From contig JAFIQS020000016.1 in NCBI GenBank assembly GCA_017499595.2, forward strand, positions 124,001 through 171,784: a stretch of DNA of 47,784 nucleotides, given 5' to 3'. Position numbers and translations under genes: made by a program. This stretch comes from Psilocybe cubensis (lineage: Eukaryota). Shown here one piece after another: positions 9,255 through 20,959 of this stretch (position 1 is the stretch's first letter; each line of letters starts with the position of its first letter). The notes below the pieces were generated by a model, which had not been told where the DNA came from, ran no database searches, and saw nothing but the letters and a program-made list of their open reading frames with translations.

Positions 9255-9760
9255 GTCCAATTAAGATTCACAACAATCAATCATTTGATTGTTAGGTAAG
9301 GACCCAGGTAAGCTATTTATACTCTAGACATGTGAATATTCCCATGTCGCGGTTACTCGGAGCCACGTAACCAGAGTACTCTATATCCATGTGATTCACA
9401 TCACAGTCAATAACCCACGATGTCAAAGAACAAAAGTGTTGGATCCACTTTTGACAGGTTACCATGTGCCACATCGACCCGTGACACTCTGTTCATCAGA
9501 AACCTGTCTAACTTGACAATAAACATTGACAGATTTGTGATAGTCGGTAAGATACATGACAGCTGCGCAGCATCACTTCACGCGCTGTCATCGGATGTTC
9601 CAGAACATTCCTTCTAAGAATAGCCACTGAAGAGTCTATAAAGACGAAAGGGCTGGCTGCTGATATCAATCAACAGCCCTCTGGCTTCTTTCCATTTTAA
9701 CTCCCAGTTTAAACTAGTCGCTCGCACCTCGCTTCGCTCAGTGCTCGCTCCCCCCTAAAC
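9255..9760 (+). mobile_element. 5'-truncated pseudo-LTR mini-copy 3 (variant)
   Basis: Starts at gtccaattaag (equivalent to 4308) and ends at the CCCCCTAAAC motif. It has several substitutions relative to copies 1 and 2. Confidence 0.88.
9622..9686 (+). ncRNA. Type I hammerhead ribozyme, copy 3 (variant stem III extension)
   Basis: Core and stems I and II are conserved; the apical stem III has compensatory changes. Predicted cleavage after C9681. Confidence 0.88.
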
Positions 9761-9774
9761 CCTAACCCTAAACC
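9753..9774 (+). repeat. Telomeric repeats, junction 2
   Basis: ccctaaaccctaaccctaaacc. Confidence 0.85.
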
Positions 9775-10280
9775 GTCCAATTAAGATTCACAACAATCAA
9801 TCAATTGATTGTTAGGTAAGGACCCAGGTAAGCTATTTATACTCTAGACATGTGAATATTCCCATGTCGCGGTGACTCGGAGCCACGTAACCAGAGTACT
9901 CTATATCCATGTGATTCACGTCACAGTCAATAACCCACGATGTCAAAGAACAAAAGTGTTGGATCCACTTTTGACAGGTTACCATGTGCCACATCGACCC
10001 GTGACACTCTGTTCATCAGAGACCTGTCTAACTTGACAATAAACATTGACAGATTTGTGATAGTCGGTAAGATACATGACAGCTGCGCAGCATCACTTCA
10101 CGCGCTGTCATCGGATGTCTAGAACATTCCTTCTAAGAATAGCCACTGAAGAGTCTATAAAGACGAAAGGGCTGGTTGTTGGGATCCCCCAACAGCCCTC
10201 TGGCCTTCTTTCATTTTAACTCACAGTTTAAATAGTCGCTCGCACCTCGCTTCGCTCGGTGCTCGCTCCCCCCCTAAACC
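9775..10280 (+). mobile_element. 5'-truncated pseudo-LTR mini-copy 4
   Basis: Same start point (gtccaattaag) as copy 3. Confidence 0.88.
10141..10205 (+). ncRNA. Type I hammerhead ribozyme, copy 4
   Basis: GCCA-CTGAAGA-GTCT ATAA AGAC-GAAA-GGGCTG...CAGCCC-TC-TGGC; predicted cleavage after C10200. Confidence 0.88.
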
Positions 10281-10303
10281 CCTAAACCCTAAACCCTAAA
10301 ACC
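10272..10303 (+). repeat. Telomeric repeats, junction 3 (to copia)
   Basis: ccctaaacccctaaaccctaaaccctaaaacc directly abutting copia gag sequence. Confidence 0.88.
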
Positions 10304-10333
10304 ATCGAATGTCATCGACTCGAAGCGGAAACA

Positions 10334-13300
10334 GTGACTCGCAAATATCCTCCTGGCTCGGAGTATTCCAACTTTTCAAATAGCGACAATCGTCCTATTG
10401 CCAAACATCCGCACAATCCCAACGGGGTCAGGTGCACTAACTGCAAAGGTCGTACTCACGATCGTGATCACTGCTATCGGCCTGGGGGTGGCATGGAAGG
10501 TCAGGGACCAAGGGGACCAAATGCGGCAAATGCAACCACTGCTGCAAAGAAACCCACCGAGACTGCAAACGTTGCAGTCGTTGCTGAAAACGACTTCTTA
10601 GAGAGTGGGGAAATATCGTGCGCTCTGATTGAAGAGGTCGATGAGGTGGGTGTCACCGCAGTTGCAGGGGACATCTCGACGTGCGCTACTCTGCTCGACT
10701 CGGGAGCAACCTCTCACTTGATCAAGTCGCGATCACTATTCCATACGTATTCCGAGGCCGATGCACGAGATGTCACCACTGCAAATCTTGGTACTCTTCA
10801 CACTCGAGGAGGCGGAACCTGCTACATTAATGTGAATCACAATGGCCGCTCAATCCGTGTCAAACTCAATAACTGCCTGCACGCACCTAATGCCGCCATG
10901 AACTTGCTCTCTGTGAGTCGGCTCAACATCGCCGGGATTGCCTGCAACTTCGTACCAGGATGTGGTGTTGTCCTATCGAAAAATGGTGTGGAACTAGCGT
11001 CCGGACGGCTGAGAAACGGTCTCTTTGCCATTGAGAACGCGGCATTCATTCCACGACCCAGAGAATCCTCAGTCAGAGCCATGTTTGTTAGGGTTCCAGA
11101 GTCAATGCACTTACATCATCTTCGTCTTGGCCATCCTGGCCACCAAGCCACCCGATCGATCGTCAAACACGTTCTCAACGCCTCGATCAAGGACGATCAT
11201 GTTCGATGCGAACCATGCGTCATCGCCAAGCACACCGCAACCCCACACCCACAAAAGTCTCTTGGTCAACGTACCTATCAACCTCTCGAACTCATTCTTG
11301 CCGACACCTGTGGACCTTTCCCTGTTCAGACGCCGCATCATAAGGAACATTTCGTTGCTTTCAGATGTGCAGCAATGAAGGTGACCAACGTGCAGTTAAC
11401 TGCCGACAAGACGGCCGAAACGATGCTGGAGGCATTCAAAATTCTTCAACACCGATGGGAGAATCGCACCGGCTATAAAATCAAAAGGTTCAGATGCGAT
11501 GGAGGCTCGGAGTGGAAAGGGGTGTTTGCAGAGTACTTACTGGCTCAGGGCATTGAACAGGAAGTCACTCCGAGGTATGAACACTGGATGAACGGAGAGG
11601 CTGAGCGGTACATGAGAACTATTCAAGGTCGCATGTTGGCAATGATGACCACTGCACAGCTTCCTCTCACGTACTGGGGTGAGGCCGCTCTAACCGCTGC
11701 TTACCTATTGAATGTTACCACGGTTGACGAAAACAACATCACCCCATTCCAATCCATGTACGGTCGTCCTCCCAACCTTGCCCATCTTCGCGTTTGGGGA
11801 TGTCGTGCCTTCGTGCATGTTCCTGAAGAATGACAATCCAAACTCGGCCCAAAATCCGTGGAATGCCTCTTCATGGGGTATCCTCCTGGCGGGAAAGGTT
11901 ACCGCTTTCGACATCTTGATTCAGGACTTTTCTTTAACTCTTCCAATGCCATTTTTGATGAAAACATGCCTTATACTCCCGCTTTGACTTCTTCTTCTAC
12001 TCCTGTTGACTATTCTTCCTTACCTCTGCTTAATTCTCATTCTGTTGATTCTGATTTTCATGATTCTACTGATTCTGCTGTTACTGTTACTTTGCCTGTC
12101 TCTTCCTCTTCTATTTCTTCACGCTCTATTTCTTCTTCACCGTCGCCGCCTCCGGGCGACTTAGATGCTCCTGAATTACTTTCTTCTGATCTTGGACAAT
12201 CTCTTGTGAATCCTTCTGTAGAAATTACCCCCGAAACCCCAAATCTTCCCCAATCGCCTTTCATTCCATCAACACCTGCTCCAACTCGGATTCAACTTCC
12301 ACCCCGGTCTTCATCGCGTGACAAACGGTCGTCCAGTCGTGGAGAACTTTATGAGAAGTTGAGGGAGGCTGAACGAGAGGCGCGGGAAGTCAGGATATTG
12401 AAATTGGCGACGACGGCGGCGGCGAAGGCGGCGGCGAGGGATGCAGCGGCAGGGACGAGTGTGGGGGAGGCGGCTAGTGCTGCGGACACCGAGCAAGGGG
12501 GTGAAGACGACAATCCTTTTGTATCACTGTGCTCGGTAGGGATGCTTGAAGAGCATGAAAAGGGACTTTCGGAGGCCTCAAATTCTTCTGTCTCGTTAGA
12601 CGTCGAGGACTACCTCGCTCGCAACAAGGACTTTCTCTTCGAAACGACACTGCTATCCGTTCGAAGCGATCTTCGGAGGAATCCTCAATCACCAGAATAT
12701 GACATGAAGGTCCCACCAGCTACGTACGCAGAGGCAATGAAGAGACCTGATGCTGCCGAATGGAAGAGAGTGATGGATAAGGAGTTAGAGATGTTGAAGG
12801 GGATGGGTGTTTATGTTGATGAAGTCCTTCCTAACGGAGTGCATGCCATAGGATGCAGATGGGTGATGGAGTTCAAGATTCCTGACGATGGCGGTCCACC
12901 AATCTACAAGGCACGGCTCGTGGCACAGGGATTCTCTCAGCGACAATTCATCGACTACAACGCAACGTTTGCCCCAGTCTCTAAATCCGTCAGCGTGAGG
13001 GCCATTATCGTACACTCAGCACTCAATGGTTGGCACATCGAGTGCTTTGATGCAACGCGCGCTTTTCTCTGGGGAGACCTCTCCGAAGTCATTTACATGC
13101 GATGCCCACCAGGTTACCTCTCGCCGTTTCTCAATGGTGTGTGGAGATTAGTCAAATCCCTCTATGGTTTAAAGCAGGCTTCCCTTGTGTGGCATCAACT
13201 CATCTCTTCCGTCATCCTTAAGCTGGGCTTCGAGCGTTCGCAGTCGGATCATGCAGTATTTGTGTTTAAGAGAGAGTGGGGGGGAGGAATGGTGCACTGT

Positions 13301-14290
13301 GTGTTGTGCATCCACGTAGACGATGGACTGGCGGGTTCCAATTCCAAAGCATTCCTCGATCACACAAAAGGAGAGGTTGGAAAGGCTTTTGGAATCAAGG
13401 ATCTAGGTCCACTCAAATCTTTCCTAGGCGTTCAATACGAGCGAGACCTTGCAACACGCGAACTTTGGATTCATCAGGAGCAATATATCGACGCCATCCT
13501 TGATGAATATGGCATGGCCAGCTGCAGTCCCGTACTTACGCCAATCGATCCCATTCACGTCTTCGGTCGTGACGACGAAACATTTCCCGAGGTTCCAAAC
13601 ATCAAACTCACCTTTCAACGCCTCATTGGATCCCTTCTTTTCCTACAACGACACTCACGTCCCGACATCTCAATTGCCGTCCTGCTTCTTTCACAGCACG
13701 CCTCAAATCCTGAACCTCGTCACTATGCCACAGCTAAAAGAGTGCTTCGGTATCTTAAGGGTACACGAACACTACGTCTTCATTTTGGGGGACCCGGGTT
13801 CAATGTGCCTCTTCAAGGCTTTTCCGACGCTGACTGGGCCGGCAACAAGTTGTCGCGTGCCTCCATATCCGGATTCCTGTGGAGCATTGCAGGAGGCCCG
13901 TTAAGCTGGTCCTCGAAGACTCAAACGTGCATTGCCACTAGCTCCACAGAATCGGAGTACGTCGCGCTCACCAGGACTGTGCAGGAAGGCATATGGCTAC
14001 GGGCGTCTCTTCATCACCTCAATCTTCCATGTCCTGCACCACTCTTTGTATCCACGGACAACGAAGGCGCAAAATCGTTATGCGAGAACGATTCCTCTCA
14101 TTCCAAAGCCAAACATATTGATATTCGATACCATTTCATTCGCTCTCACGTCGAATCAAAACTTTTCGTCATCAAACACACGCCAGGTGTCACCAACCCT
14201 GCCGACATTCTCACAAAGCCGCTTCATCGTACCAAGTTCACGGAGGGTGTTCGTCGTCTTGGTTTAGTGCTGCGTCGAGGGGGTGTGTAG
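10334..14290 (+). pseudogene. Copia gag-pol polyprotein, 5'-truncated, with one in-frame stop at 11831-11833
   Basis: CTNCKGRTHDRDHC knuckle; LLDSGATSH protease; HLRLGH...CEPC; integrase DTCGP, RCDGGSEW, NGEAER; RT KARLVAQGFSQ, LYGLKQA, HVDD; RNase H SDADWAG, STESEY, KHIDIRYHFIR, ADILTKPL. The two ORFs share a frame across EE*QSKLGPKSVEC. Confidence 0.92.
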
Positions 14291-14671
14291 GAACTACTCC
14301 TTCCTTTCCAGTTTCTTTCCCCTATTCATATATACAGATCATTTTTCTTCCCTTTCAATCACCACCTTTCCAGCTTCATCTCTTCTATCTTAAGTCGTAG
14401 ATTCCTCTTCCATGCGACGCACCACTCAACCTTCTTTATTACTTCATGCACGTTCACTCGTCGTCCTCTCGTTTCTTCACATATAGCACCATCCTTTTTC
14501 CCCAGTACCTCAGCTTTCTTTCTTCTCGCTGAGGTACAGTTGTTCCACTTGTATTGTTACACAGATTGCTTACCTAGACTTGTAGTTCGAGCTCATAGTG
14601 TCTTAGGTGAAATATATAGCTTTCTTTCTTCTCGCTGAGTTCGAGCTCATAGTGTCTTAGTGTTCATCACA
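14286..14671 (+). repeat. Copia 3' LTR (TGT...ACA; right boundary inferred)
   Basis: Starts with TGTAGG two bases after the PPT. The candidate end is ...ATCACA at 14671, before intron-like host sequence. No second LTR is present to confirm the boundary. Confidence 0.65.
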
Positions 14672-14710
14672 AGTGTAATAATTGATAGAAAATCTTAACC
14701 TTTTTTGCAG

Positions 14711-15726
14711 TTGTAGGTCTACTCTTATACGCTGCAGCTCATTACCATTGAGACCAGCATTGATCGATTTATTTGTGGCCGTGACCGTAACCATTAAGTT
14801 GTAAGTACCATAAATCAGCGTGGTTAATAAAGTTATGTAAAAAGTAACAACTCAACAGGTGTTAAATTTTTGGATTTTGAAGTATGGACAGGCGTCATAG
14901 GGATTGTCATACCACAAGGTTCACCCCATTTTGACAATTCACGACCAAAATCGGGTCTGATCTCTGTTTAAAGTCATCCTACAGATTCGTTTATATGTGT
15001 TATTTAACCACAGCAAACGACTATTGGCATGTTTGATACCATTGTTCATAATATGCAGTGCTGCTTCAGCAACCATACTCAATACTGTTTTCTATCATGA
15101 GAAAAGAGGTCAGTCAAGTTAATTCTACTGTTTCAAATTCCCAATAACCACATTGACTTCTGAAGGACACCACATACAAGCATTTCAAACCCCATCCGGG
15201 ACGTTTTGTATCATTGACAACCTTCAATCTCACCTGTACACATTTTGGATCCCATTCATATTATTCGAGTGCCTGTTGTGCGCTTTGGCTGTTACCAATG
15301 GAATTCGGAACTACAAAGTATATGGAGCTCAATATACGCTCTATATGAGATTTCACAGTATAATGGTGCGCAACTCGGTGATTTATTTTATAATGTGAGT
15401 CATTTTAATGCTTGTTGATGTTTCCCATCCCTGTACTTATGAGATAAAACATTAGAATGGGTGGCACATATTTTGCTTGCATGATAGTATTCAGCATATC
15501 GCCGGTATGTCAACCCCACTTCAATCCTCTTTAGAAGCCAGAATCGATTTAATCATTATTGCAGAAATATTTCGACGCCCCTTTAGGCTTTGCAGTGGGG
15601 CTTTCTACAGCTTTATGCAACCGGTTGATACTCACAGGAGACGGTACGACTGACTCAAACGTTGAAGACACCACAAAGATTAGTGGCGTTCATGTCATCC
15701 CTATCTCCGACCTGGTTAGGAGATAG
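14711..15726 (+). pseudogene. 3' part of a multi-exon Agaricomycete multi-pass membrane protein gene (DUF6533-like family)
   Basis: Exons encode FEVWTGVIGIVIPQ, ILQIRLYVLFNHSKRLL, FWIPFILFECLLCALAV...MVRNSVIYFI and LGFAVGLSTALCNRLIL, ending at TAG 15724-15726. The 5' exons are missing upstream of the copia LTR. Confidence 0.6.
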
Positions 15727-18700
15727 AAGAATGTGTAGCATTATGCAGCCTTGTATTGTATCTTTGTAGTTTCTACGTGCCACTGGTATATCTGCACTGA
15801 GTCGGGCCTCATTTCGGATGTCTCGCTTGTTTCTGTTATGTCTATTCCCGCATCTGGTTCTTACAACGCCGCTGCCTCCATCTCTGCCTCCTCTACGTCA
15901 TCCCCAGTCTCTTGCTATCCTCGTTAACCATAGATCCTGTTGTAAGTCAATACTGAATTCATGTACTTACCACCACTGTCAACACCACCACCACCAGGTA
16001 CTCACCTTTGTCCGCGTGTCCTGGAGTTGGAGTGTAGATGGGCCTGTGCTATCAAATGGGTTTACATATTTATCGTGGTTGAAGATGGAGGTTGAGTAGT
16101 GCATATGGAGTGCTACATAATAACATTTTGTGCGAAGGCGCGCGCGCGTGTGCCATGATGCAGGATGGTGATATGGTCGAGGGGAAGAGGATGACATCCT
16201 TTCTGTCCGTGGTTAGAAGAAACCAGGTGAGCCCATGACTTCCGCCTGCACGTATCGCAGGCTCAAATACAATGCCATGTCCGCATCCTCTTGGCATCTG
16301 AATTACTCTCGAACATCGGTGTGACACAACAAGAACAAACATAACAACGTCGACCACCACAACCACCGCCGGTGCCTTGAACACCACCATCCATGACGAG
16401 TCGGGACACAGGATAAAGCTGCCAACGACGAAGGAAGAGGCTACTTCCCTGCTGTTCGAAGGGTTTAGCATTCTACCGGCAATGCGAGCATCACGCACAC
16501 GAATGTGAGTTATTACATTTCGAATATGTCGAACGAGCACCCACCGGTTCCTCGCTCTCTTACACCTCTACCTTCACCAGCTTTTGCACCACCCCATTTT
16601 TCTTTTATCCACTCTCCCACCGTACTACCTCGCACTTTCAGTAAATCTCAACCTCTGTGCAGCCACGTCAGGCCGTCACCATCTTCAACCCCCACATATT
16701 TGACGTCCATCCACAACCCATCGCTCTTCCACCCGTTTCCTTAATGACGCAAAGTACGCGCATACTTCTCCCTCTCACTTGGTTGGCCAGTACCTTACCT
16801 GAGGTGTAGATATGGATTCCAAGGATTTTCCGCAGGGCACTTTGTTACCCGTTTTGACATTCAGCTCAATATGGTGTTTGACACCCCCTCGATGGCTCTG
16901 GGACCGGATTCTGACCTTGAGTAGGGCACAGGGAGTGTGAAGCCCGCTCTCTGACACCTAGTCAAGGCTTTCCCCAACATTTCTTATGGTGGTGGGTTAC
17001 AACACGGTGCGTCTGCCTCTACCCTACTTCTTCCACCACCACTTTTATGTCCGACTCCCCCTCTTTTGCTAGTACTTCCATTTCCGTCAAGTATTGACGA
17101 CTTGAGATGCAACGAAAAGCAACAAATGACGGAGTAGCATGAGAGGCATTACGATAAGGGCACATCAACATCTGTCCCGCACCCAAACGAGTGGCAGCCA
17201 CGCCGTTTTTACGATTCGTAAATTTTCGAGTTGGACTCTTGAGGTTCTCAGCGTTTGCGACACTCCCAACCTTATTTTACCTGTTCGCTGGATCGTGCGG
17301 TACAAGACTCAGTTCAGTGCTAGTGAGTTCGAGTTCCCCCTTCTCATATTCTTCTGATGTTCACCATACACCATGGTCTGCCTCCCCATTCGCCCTTTGC
17401 CTCGATGTCAAGGATACAGACAGAGCACACATACGCTTGCTGACTAAACTCACGCCTGACTTCGAGCTGTCCACCCCCACTATCACACCGGCCCCATTCC
17501 AATCCCCGTCCCCGCTTGCCGCACTATCGACGCGTGGTTTTAAACAAGAAAAAGACCAAGACTTTGTTTGGGGCATCGATACACTGTCCAGCCAGTGGGT
17601 AGATCACCAGAATATGCACAATCAGGATGAAGAGGGTTCCTTGCGAGAATTCTTGGGCTCAATTTCAGCGCATATATGCCCCTCTACGTTCAAGTTTAGT
17701 ACACAGATGTTGATATGTATGGGTTTTAATTTTAGTGGCGGTGATTTGGTGCGTAGCTGGAGATCTGGTCGATCCCGTCGTAAAAGCGGGGTTGTGTGGG
17801 TGCAGGGGATATGAACGATGGTTTTTTCAAGTGAGTGGTTCGCCTCGCTTGCCGCTGCATAATGCAACTCCCGTCGTATGCCATCCGTGCTGTACTACTG
17901 CGTACTCCATCATTCATGGTTTGCTTATCGGACCACTAAGCACCGGATTGCCTGTGATGCCTCAGCATGACGAGAAACGCGGTGTGCACGTTCTCTGTGC
18001 AGCTTCTTGAAGTAATCTTGGGCTTAGAACTTGGTGTAGTCCCTTATCGTCGTCGCCGACTCCCTTACTGTCGCTGTTTGGCTGTATGTGGGACTGGTTT
18101 AATTGCTTGCTAGTTTGGTATGATCTGTTATATGTCAGTCAACGCGGATGCATTTCTAGGACCAAGAATGTAGCGGGTTTGAAGCTTTCACTCGGATTCG
18201 GAAATGGGCGCAGATCATGTATTGCCTCCGTCGTCGTTGTTTCTGTGGCTGGCTTCGAGTCTCTGTGTGTCTGGCTAGCTGAAATAGTAGTTCCTCGTGC
18301 ATCCAGGAATCTGGGAGGACGTCTATGCACCGGAAGCTGGACGTAAATACCCTGAGGCTTGTTCCCCCACGCTGATTCTGTAACACAGATAGGCTTTTCC
18401 ACCACAACGCGAAGCGTGGCGGGGGATCGTATGTGTTCGCCTTTTGGTAACTTGAACTTGTTTTAGGTTGGTGGCGTGTGTCTGTGTGCCTAGTTAGCTG
18501 GTCATTGGCGTGCCTTCGCGTCTGCTCGTCTGTTTGATGGATGATGGGTGAAGTCAAAGAATTCGTCGTTATGCTCTTAGTCTGATTGTCCGTCCAACAA
18601 TTCGTCCAGTCTACTCCGAGACACGGTGTCTCCACAGAACAGAATATATGGCAGGTTGAAAGGCCTCTGGTACCGAATAAGTATCACATTGTAAACATAT

Positions 18701-20959
18701 CCAGTAAACTCGGATATAGGGGCAAATTAAGATTGAATTTAACAACATGAACCTTGTCCCAGGTACAACATCGAGTGCAGCCACCCGTGTTCCAGTGGTG
18801 TTAACAGAAATCTGCTGTGGTTTGGCAATTAGATTTGTTTGAGATGTCTACGGAAAGATGGCAGGGACGGTGGGTCTACCTGACGTACCAGAACAACATA
18901 GAATACGCCTACACGGTAACCGCTTCAGTCTTCCTCTTTCACCACCCATCGCGACCTATACCACCGACGACCTGTGAACAAGGGAAATACAGCACACGAC
19001 AAAGGCAGGCGATCTATGGTGGCCGTGCCATGACGCTGCTGCGCTGGTTATGGAAGGGGAAATGGTGGTGGCGCTATTCGGCGTTCTCAATCTTGTGGAC
19101 AATATAGACGTCAGCCTACCTATGGGTTTGAGATGGAAGTACGTGTTACATGTATTTGTCGGTGATCATGAGTGTCTGGAGTGGTTGTGTTCTGTTTGTT
19201 GCTCGACATCTTCACCGACGTGCGCGGAGTTTGAATGTCCCTGACAACAGCAGGGACAAACAACGCGACATCTAGACTCTTCCCCAAACACATGAACGGC
19301 AACACGAACATTGTGGGAGTCCAGGAATACGCAAATGGTGAGAGGGGGTACAGGACAGCAAGGTCGATGCACAGAGGAGAGGCAGAATCTAGGTGAGTGG
19401 TTCACATTTGATTTTTTTTTCTTTTTTTTGCGACTCGAGGACACCCGCAAACAACCCTTCTCCGCCGCTATCACCCTCGATTTCCCATTTGACTACCACA
19501 TACTTAACATCAACGCCGCTGCAGCTGCACAACGTCCACATACATACGTGTGAGATTTGTTGTACTGCCAGCATCGTGTCTGATGGTAAAAGTCTGTGGG
19601 TCCGGTGCAATGTAAATCGCGGGATTTGTTCGCGCTCTCCATGCTATTCCATGTACACATCTACGTTAATTGCGACCGTGCGTGACTGATTTAAGGCCGG
19701 GATTGGTAGGCGTGTGTCGTCTACGCCAACGGTGCGAGATGGAGGACGGGTTGGGGTTATTTTGGGATCAGAACGCCAGGTGGCAGAACGGTTGGTCACA
19801 TTCCAGTGAGTTTGTGCCAAAGTCCTTCCAATGACTTGCACTCGTGTCATCCGCCCCGCAATTCTTCGATGGATCTTTCTACATGGGGGAACATACCTGC
19901 TCCGACGTCGAGTCAAGGTTTTTTCAGTTTCTTGTCCGGTGGTGGAGTGCAACAAGGTGCGCTGGCCTACATTAATCCCTTTTCCACCTCCATGTCCTCT
20001 GCATCATATCCCACCCCGCTTAATCGAATGCAATCCCGCCACCTCCCTGCCCCTCTACGAGTTCCGCCGCCGTCGAATCGACTTGAGACGCAAGAGAACG
20101 AAGCGACGACAGAGGAGGATATGTGACGAGGTCACCACAATGAAGGGAGGAGCTGAATAAAGACATCCATGACTGCAAATGAAAGGAGCGCGAATTAACA
20201 AATACAACGTTGAATTTGACATAGAGTGACTCCAAGCACAGCAACGGCATCCCAACAGCTCCAAACCCCACATGACAACGACTCATTTTCATAAACCTTC
20301 CAGAGTTTGCAACCCTGTTTTACCCGTTTTCACCCGTTCACTGGATTTCTTGATCATCTCAGTGCTGGTGCGTTATAATCACTGTTTAACCCACTACCCT
20401 CACCCACAACCCATGTTCCCTTTTCCTCCCATTTATGCACCTAAACGTCCGCGTCCGCGTCTTTTTCTGTGTCTACTCACTCGTGAGGATGCGTGGTCTT
20501 AAACAGGAAATGGGTAGATCACCAGAACGAGCACAACTGGGCATTTGGAGACGAGGTTCTGTGCGAGAGACTCCCACGTCTTCAGACAAGCGCATATATG
20601 AACTTTAACGTTCAAGGGCAGTATACATACGTTGATTCGTACGTGTTTCAGGTTTAAATCGTCAACCACATCGTTATCCGCTTCCACTATCTGTTTCTGT
20701 GTTAACCCGCCCAGTATTGACGTTGAAAACACTGGATTGCATGGTTCGAGCGTGAATGACGTTCCAAATTCCCCAAACGCGTCTTCTTGTCTTGCCGTAT
20801 TCTTCTTTTGTGTCGCGAGTTGAATCCTTCTGACCCTCGGTACAACTCGGAACGCGGTCACTTTGTCTTCGCCTATAGGATCAAACCACATCTCCTTTTT
20901 AACCCGCCATCGCCGTCGCACATATACTCTGCATTCATACCACTCAACGTGTATATCGC

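Larger units (their letters stand above)
10301..14671 (+). mobile_element. 5'-truncated Ty1/copia LTR retrotransposon
   Basis: Domain order gag-CCHC, PR, IN, RT, RH; polypurine tract GAGGGGG (14277-14283) and a 3' LTR. The 5' LTR, PBS and most of gag are absent. Confidence 0.92.

Noticed and set aside
4160-14671. One LTR retrotransposon using the 656-bp repeats as copia LTRs
   Set aside because: The repeats lack TG...CA ends and a PBS, and do not match the copia 3' LTR at 14286.
15800-20940. Many short overlapping ORFs
   Set aside because: No recognisable domains or consistent exon structure; probably decayed fragments or intergenic DNA.
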